Of a stretch of 64,000 bases of DNA, positions 57,101-64,000 are shown one piece after another (position 1 is the first letter of the stretch; every line of letters starts with the position of its first letter). The position numbers were made by a program, and so were the translations under genes. The notes beneath the pieces are model-generated. The model worked only from the letters and a program-made list of their open reading frames with translations, was not told the DNA's origin and did not search any database. The stretch is from Eledone cirrhosa. Its lineage: Eukaryota. Location of the stretch: NCBI GenBank assembly GCA_964016885.1, contig OZ024760.1, positions 29,884,001 to 29,948,000 of the forward strand, in the 5' to 3' direction.

Positions 57101-60100
57101 AATGTAATGAAATGTAATGTAATGTGTAATGTAATGTAATGTAATGTAATGTAATGTATTGTAAAGGGTAATGTAATGTAATGTAATGTAATGTAATGGA
57201 ATGTAATGTTTAATGTCATGTAATGTAATGTAATGTAATGTAATGTAATGTAATGTAATGTAATGTAATGTAATGTAATGTAATGTAATGTAATGTAATG
57301 TAATGTAATGTGTAATGTAATGTAATATAATGTAATGTAATGTGTAATGTAATGTGTAACGTATTGTAATGTAATGTAATGTAATATAAGGTGTAATGTA
57401 ATGTAATGTAATGTAATGTGTAATGTAATGTAATGTAATGTGTAATGTAATGTAATGTAATGTAATGTAATGTAATGTGTAATGTAATGTAATGTAATGT
57501 AATGTAACGTAATGTAATGTAATGTAATGTAATGTGTAATGTAATGTACTGTAATGTAATGTAATGTGTAATGTAATTTAATGTAATGTAATGTAATGTA
57601 ATTTAATGTAATGTAATGTGTAATGTAATGTAATGTAATGTATGATGCAATGTAATGTAATGTAATGTAATGTAATGTAATGTAATGTAATGTAATGTAA
57701 TGTAATGTGTAATGTAACGTAACGTAACGTAATGTAATGTAATGTGTAACGTAATTTAATGTAATGTAATGTAATGTAATGTAATTTGATGTAATGTAAT
57801 GTACTGTAATGTAATGTAATGTAATGTAATGTAATATGTAATGTAATGTAATGTAATGTAATTTAATGTAATGTCTAACGTAATATAATGTGTAAGGTAA
57901 TGTAAAGTAATGTAATGTAATGTGTAATGTAACGTAATGTAATGTATTGTGTCATGTAGTGTAATGTAATGTAATGTAATATGTAATGTAATGTAATGTG
58001 TAATGTAATGTAATGTAATGTAATGTAATGTAATGTAATGTGTAATGTAATGTAATGTGTAATGTAATGTAATGTAATGTAATATAATGTAATGTAATGT
58101 AATGTAACGTAATGTAATGTAATGTGTAATGTGTAATGTAATGTAATGTAATGTGTAATGTAATGTAATGTAATGCAATGTAATGTAATGTGTAATGTAA
58201 TGTAATGTAACGTGTAATGTAATGTAATGTAATGTAATGTAATGTAATGAATGTATAATGTAATGTAATGTAATGTAATGTGTAATGTAATGTAATGTAA
58301 TGTAATGTAATGTAATGTAATGTGTAATGTAATGTAATGTTTAATGTAATGTAACGTAATGTGTAATGTAATGTAATGTAATGTAATGTAATGTAATGTA
58401 ATGTAATGTAATGTAATGTAATGGGTAATGTAATGTAATATAATGTAATGTAATGTGTAATGTAATGTGTAATGTATTGTAATGTAATATAAGGTGTAAT
58501 GTAATGTAATGTAATGTAATGTGTAATGTAATGTAATGTAATGTGTAATGTAATGTAATGTAATGTAATGTAATGTAATGTAATGTAATGTAATGTAATG
58601 TAATGTAATGTAATGTGTAATGTAATGTAATGTAATGTAATGGAATGTTTAATGTAAAGTAATGTAATGTAATGTGTAAAGTAATGTAATGTGTAATGTA
58701 ATCTAATGTAATGTAATGTGTGATGTAATGTGTGATGTAATGTAATGTAATGTTAAGTAATGTAATGTAATGTAATGTAATGTAGTGTAATGTGTAATGT
58801 GTAATGTAATGTAATGTAATGTAATGTGTAATGTAAGGTAATGTAATGTAACGTAATGTAATGTAATGTAATGTGTGATGTAATGTAATTTAATGTAATG
58901 TAATGTGTAATGTAATGTAATGTAAGGTAATGTAACGTGTGATATAATGTAATGTAATGTAATGTAATGTAATGTAATGTGTAATGTAATGTAATGTTTA
59001 ATGTAATGTAATGTAATGTAATGTGTAATGTAATGTAATGTAATGTAATGTAATGTAATGTAATGAAATGTAATGTAATGTAATGTTAAATGTAATGTAA
59101 TGTTAAATGTAATGTAATGTAATGTAATGTGGAATATAATGTAATGTAATGTAATATAATGTAATGTGTAATGTAATGTAATGTAATGTAATGTAATGTA
59201 ATGCAATGTGTAATGTAATGTAATGTAATGTAATGTAATGTAATGTAATGTGTAATGTAATGTAATGTAATGTGCAATGTAATGTGTAATGTACTGTAAT
59301 GTGTAATGTAATGTAATGTAATGTAATGTAATGTGTAATGTAATGTAATGTAATGTAATCCAATGTTTAATGTAATGTAATGTAACGTAATTTTTAATGT
59401 AATGTAATGTAATGTAATGTAATGTGTAATGTAATGTAATGTAATGTAATGTAATGTAATGTAGTGTAATGAAATTTAATGAAATGTAATGTAATGTGTA
59501 ATGTAATGTAATGTAATGTAATGTAATGTAATGTAATGTAATGTAATGTAATTTAATGTAATGTAATGTAATGTAATGTAATGCGTAATGAAATGTAATG
59601 TAATGTAATGTGTAATGTAATGTAATGTAATGTAATGTAATGTGTAATGTAATGTAATGTAATGTAATGTAATGTAATGTGTAATGTAATGTAATGTAAT
59701 GTAATGTAATGTTTAATGTAATGTAATGTAATGTAATGTAATGTAATGTAATGTAATGTAATGTAATGTAATGTAATGTTATGTTTAATGTAATGTAATG
59801 TAATATAATTTAATTTTTAATGTAATATAATGTAATGTAATGTAATGTAATGTAATGTAATGTAATGTTTAATGTAATATAATGTAATGTAATGAAATGT
59901 AATGTAACGTGTAATGTAATGTAATGTAATGTAATGTGTAATGTAATGTAATGTAAAGTAATGTAATGTAATGTAATGTAATGTAATGTGTAATGTAATG
60001 TAATGTAATGTGTAATGTAATGTAATGTAATGTAATGTAATGTAATGTAATGTGTAATGTAATGTAATGTAATGTAATGTAACGTAATGTAATGTAATGT

Positions 60101-63100
60101 AATGTAATGTAATGTAATGTAATGTAATGTGTAATGTAATGTAATGTACTGTAATGTAATGTGTAATGTAATTTAATGTAATGTAATGTAATGTAATGTG
60201 ATGTAATGTAATGTGTAATGTAATGTAATGTAATGTATGATGCAATGTAATGTAATGTAATGTAATGTAATGTAATGTAATGTAATGTGTAATGTAACGT
60301 AATGTAATGTAATGTGTAACGTAAGTTAATGTAATGTAATGTAATGTAATGTAATTTGATGTAATGTAATGTACTGTAATCTAATGTAATGTAATGTAAT
60401 ATGTAATGTAATGTAATGTAATGTAATTTAATGTAATGTCTAACGTAATGTAATGTGTAAGGTAATGTAAAGTAATGTAATGTAATGTAATGTAATGTAT
60501 TGTGTCATGTAGTGTAATGTAATGTAATGTAATATGTAACGTAATGTAATGTGTAATGTAATGTAATGTAATGTAATATAATGTAATGTAATGTAATGTA
60601 ACGTAATGTAATGTAATGTGTAATGTGTAATGTAATGTAATGTAATGTAATGTGTAATGTAATGTAATGTGTAATGTAATGTAATGTAATGTAATATAAT
60701 GTAATGTAATGTAATGTAATGTAATGTAACGTAATGTAATGTAATGTGTAATGTGTAATGTAATGTAATGTAATGTAATGTGTAATGTAATGTAATGTAA
60801 TGCAATGTAATGTAATGTGTAATGTAATGTAATGTAACGTGTAATGTAATGTAATGTAATGTAATGTAATGAATGTATAATGTAATGTAATGTAATGTAA
60901 TGTGTAATGTAATGTAATGTAATGTAATGTAATGTGTAGTGTAATGTAATGTAATGTTTAATGTAATGTAACGTAATGTGTAATGTAATGTAATGTAATG
61001 TAATGTAATGTAATGTAATGTGTAATATAATGTAATATAATGTAATGTAATGTGTAATGTAACGTGTAATGTATTGTAATGTAATGTAATGTAATATAAG
61101 GTGTAATGTAATGTAATGTAATGTAATGTAATGTGTAATGTAATGTAATGTAATGTGTAATGTAATGTAATGTAATGTAATGTAATGTAATGTAATGTAA
61201 TGTAATGTAATGTAATGTGTAATGTAATGTAATGTAATGTAATGTAATGTAATGTAATGTGTAATGTAATGTAATGTAATGTAATGTGTAATGTAATGTA
61301 ATGTAATATAATGGAATGTTTAATGTAAAGTAATGTAATGTAATGTGTAATGTAATGTAATGTGTAATGTAATCTAATGTAATGTAATGTGTGATGTAAT
61401 GTAATGTAATGTAATGTGGAATATAATGTAATGTAATGTAATATAATGTAATGTGTAATGTAATGTAATGTAATGTAATGTAATGTAATGCAATGTGTAA
61501 TGTAATGTAATGTAATGTAATGTAATGTTAAGTAATGTAATGTAATGTAATGTAATGTAGTGTAATGTGTAATGTGTAATGTAATGTAATCTAATGTAAT
61601 GTAATGTGTAATGTAAGGTAATGTAATGTAATGTAATGTAATGTAATGTGTGATGTAATGTAATGTAATTTAATGTAATGTAATGTGTAATGTAATGTAA
61701 TGTAAGGTAATGTAACGTGTGATATAATGTAATGTAATGTAATGTAATGTAATGTAATGTGTAATGTAATGTGATTTTTAATGTAATGTAATGTAATGTA
61801 ATATAATGTGTAATGTAATGTAATGTAATGTAATGTAATGTAATGTAATGAAATGTAATGTAATGTTAAATATAATGTAATGTTAAATGTAATGTAATGT
61901 AATGTAATGTAATGTAATGTGTAATATAATGTAATGTAATGTAATATAATGTAATGTGTAATGTAATGTAATGTAATGTAATGCAATGTGTAATGTAATG
62001 TAATGTAATGTAATGTAATGTAATGTAATGTAATGTGTAATGTAATGTAATGTAATGTGTAATGTAATGTAATCTAATGTAATGTAATGTAATGTAATGT
62101 AATGTGTAATGTAATGTAATGTAATGTAATGTAATGTGTAGTGTAATGTAATGTAATGTAATGTAAAGTAATGTAATGTTTAATGTAATGTAATGTAATG
62201 TGGAATGTAATGTAATGTAATGTAATGTAATGTAATGTAATGTAATGTAATGTAACGAATGTGTAATGTAATGTAATGTAATGTAATGTAATGTAATGTA
62301 ATGTAATGTAATGTAATGTAATGCGTAATGTAATGTAACGTAATGTAATGTAATGTGTAATGTAATTTAATGTAATGTAATGTAATGTAATGTAATGTGT
62401 GATGTAATGTAATGTAATGTAATGTAATGTAATGTAATGTAATGTGTAATGTAATGTAATGTAATGTAATGTGTAATGTAATGTAATGTAATGTAATGTG
62501 TAATGTAATGTAATATAATGTGTAATGTAATGTAATGTAATGTAATGTGTAATGTAATGTAATGTAATGTAATGTAATGTAATGTAATGTGTAATGTAAT
62601 TTAATGTAATGTAATGTAATGTAATGTAATGTAATGTAATGTGTGATGTATTGTAATGTAATGTAACGTAATGTAATGTAATGTGTAATGTAATATGTAA
62701 TGTAATGTAATGTGTAATGTAATGTAATGTAATGTAATGTAATGTAATGTAATGTGTAATGTAATGTAATGTAATGTAATATAATGTAATGTAACGTAAT
62801 GCAATGTAATGTGTAATGTGTAATGTAATGTAATGTAATGTAATGTGTAATGTAATGTAATGTAATGCAATGTAATGTAATGTGTAATGTAATGTAATGT
62901 AACGTGTAATGTAATGTAATGTAATGTAATGTAATGTAATGAATGTATAATGTAATGTAATGTAATGTAATGTGTAATGTAATGTAATGTAATGTAATGT
63001 AATGTAATGTGTAGTGTAATGTAATGTAATGTTTAATGTAATGTAACGTAATGTGTAATGTAATGTAATGTAATGTAATGTAATGTAATGTAATGTAATG

Positions 63101-64000
63101 TAATGGGTAATGTAATGTAATATAATGTAATGTAATGTGTAATGTAATGTGTAATGTATTGTAATGTAATATAAGGTGTAATGTAATGTAATGTAATGTA
63201 ATGTGTAATGTAATGTAATGTAATGTGTAATGTAATGTAATGTAATGTAATGTAATGTAATGTAATGTAATGTAATGTGTAATGTAATGTAATGTAATGT
63301 AATGGAATGTTTAATGTAAAGTAATGTAATGTAATGTGTAAAGTAATGTAATGTGTAATGTAATCTAATATAATGTAATGTGTGATGTAATGTGTGATGT
63401 AATGTAATGTAATGTTAAGTAATGTAATGTAATGTAATGTAATGTAGTGTAATGTGTAATGTGTAGTGTAATGTAATGTAATGTAATGTAATGTGTAATG
63501 TAAGGTAATGTAATGTATGTAATGTAATGTAATGTAATGTGTGATGTAATGTAATGTAATTTAATGTAATGTAATGTGTAATGTAATGTAATGTAAGGTA
63601 ATGTAACGTGTGATATGATGTAATGTAATGTAATGTAATGTAATGTAATGTGTAATGTAATGTAATGTTTAATGTAATGTAATGTAATGTAATGTGTAAT
63701 GTAATGTAATGTAATGTAATGTAATGTAATGAAATGTAATGTAATGTAATGTTAAATGTAATGTAATGTTAAATGTAATGTAATGTAATGTAATGTGGAA
63801 TATAATGTAATGTAATGTAATATAATGTAATGTGTAATGTAATGTAATGTAATGTAATGTAATGTAATGCAATGTGTAATGTAATGTAATGTAATGTAAT
63901 GTAATGTTATGTAATGTGTAATGTAATGTAATGTAATGTGCAATGTAATGTGTAATGTACTGTAATGTGTAATGTAATGTAATGTAATGTAATGTAATGT
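36132..64000. repeat. (GTAAT)n/(ATTAC)n satellite, right domain with about 3-kb higher-order units and a partly distinct variant set
   Basis: Recurring markers GTATGATGCAAT, GTATTGTGTCAT, GTTAAGTAAT, GTTAAATGTAATGTAATGTTAAAT, CTAAGGTTTAAT and GTAAAGGGTAAT; the array extends past the window end. Confidence 0.98.

Noticed and set aside
925-63943. Dozens of long minus-strand ORFs (up to 936 aa) of HYITL repeats
   Set aside because: (ATTAC)n has no stop codon in any frame, so long overlapping ORFs arise automatically; starts and stops are just point variants, and there is no domain or unique sequence.
1-64000. Telomeric repeat tract
   Set aside because: GTAAT lacks the G-runs of TTAGGG- or TTAGG-type repeats, and variants copied in kb-scale blocks indicate recombinational amplification rather than telomerase addition.
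1-64000. Identity with human HSat2/3 (GGAAT)n
   Set aside because: The unit is GTAAT, with GGAAT only a rare variant, and the embedded SINE is not Alu or MIR; the similarity is only an analogy.

Overview
This window is almost entirely a eukaryotic-type simple satellite: a (GTAAT)n/(ATTAC)n pentanucleotide array running off both ends. It is punctuated by frequent 2-bp GT insertions (GTAAT-GT-GTAAT) and by point variants that recur in a fixed order, revealing irregular higher-order repeats of roughly 2.5-3.6 kb plus nested duplications of about 0.4, 1.4, 4.9 and possibly 9.8 kb. The only complex sequence is four 187-bp copies of a tRNA-derived SINE-like element on the minus strand (28986-29172, 33421-33607, 34832-35018, 35945-36131). 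All four have intact Pol III A and B boxes, 6-13 substitutions between copies, no indels and shared flanking satellite variants, which suggests one insertion later amplified with the array. From memory the element resembles octopus SINEs (unverified). No protein-coding gene is supported: the HYITL ORFs are translations of the stop-free (ATTAC)n strand. I found no evidence of a novel protein-based system. The most interesting lead is the SINE-satellite composite, which may drive Pol III read-through into the array. All coordinates and counts were read by eye.
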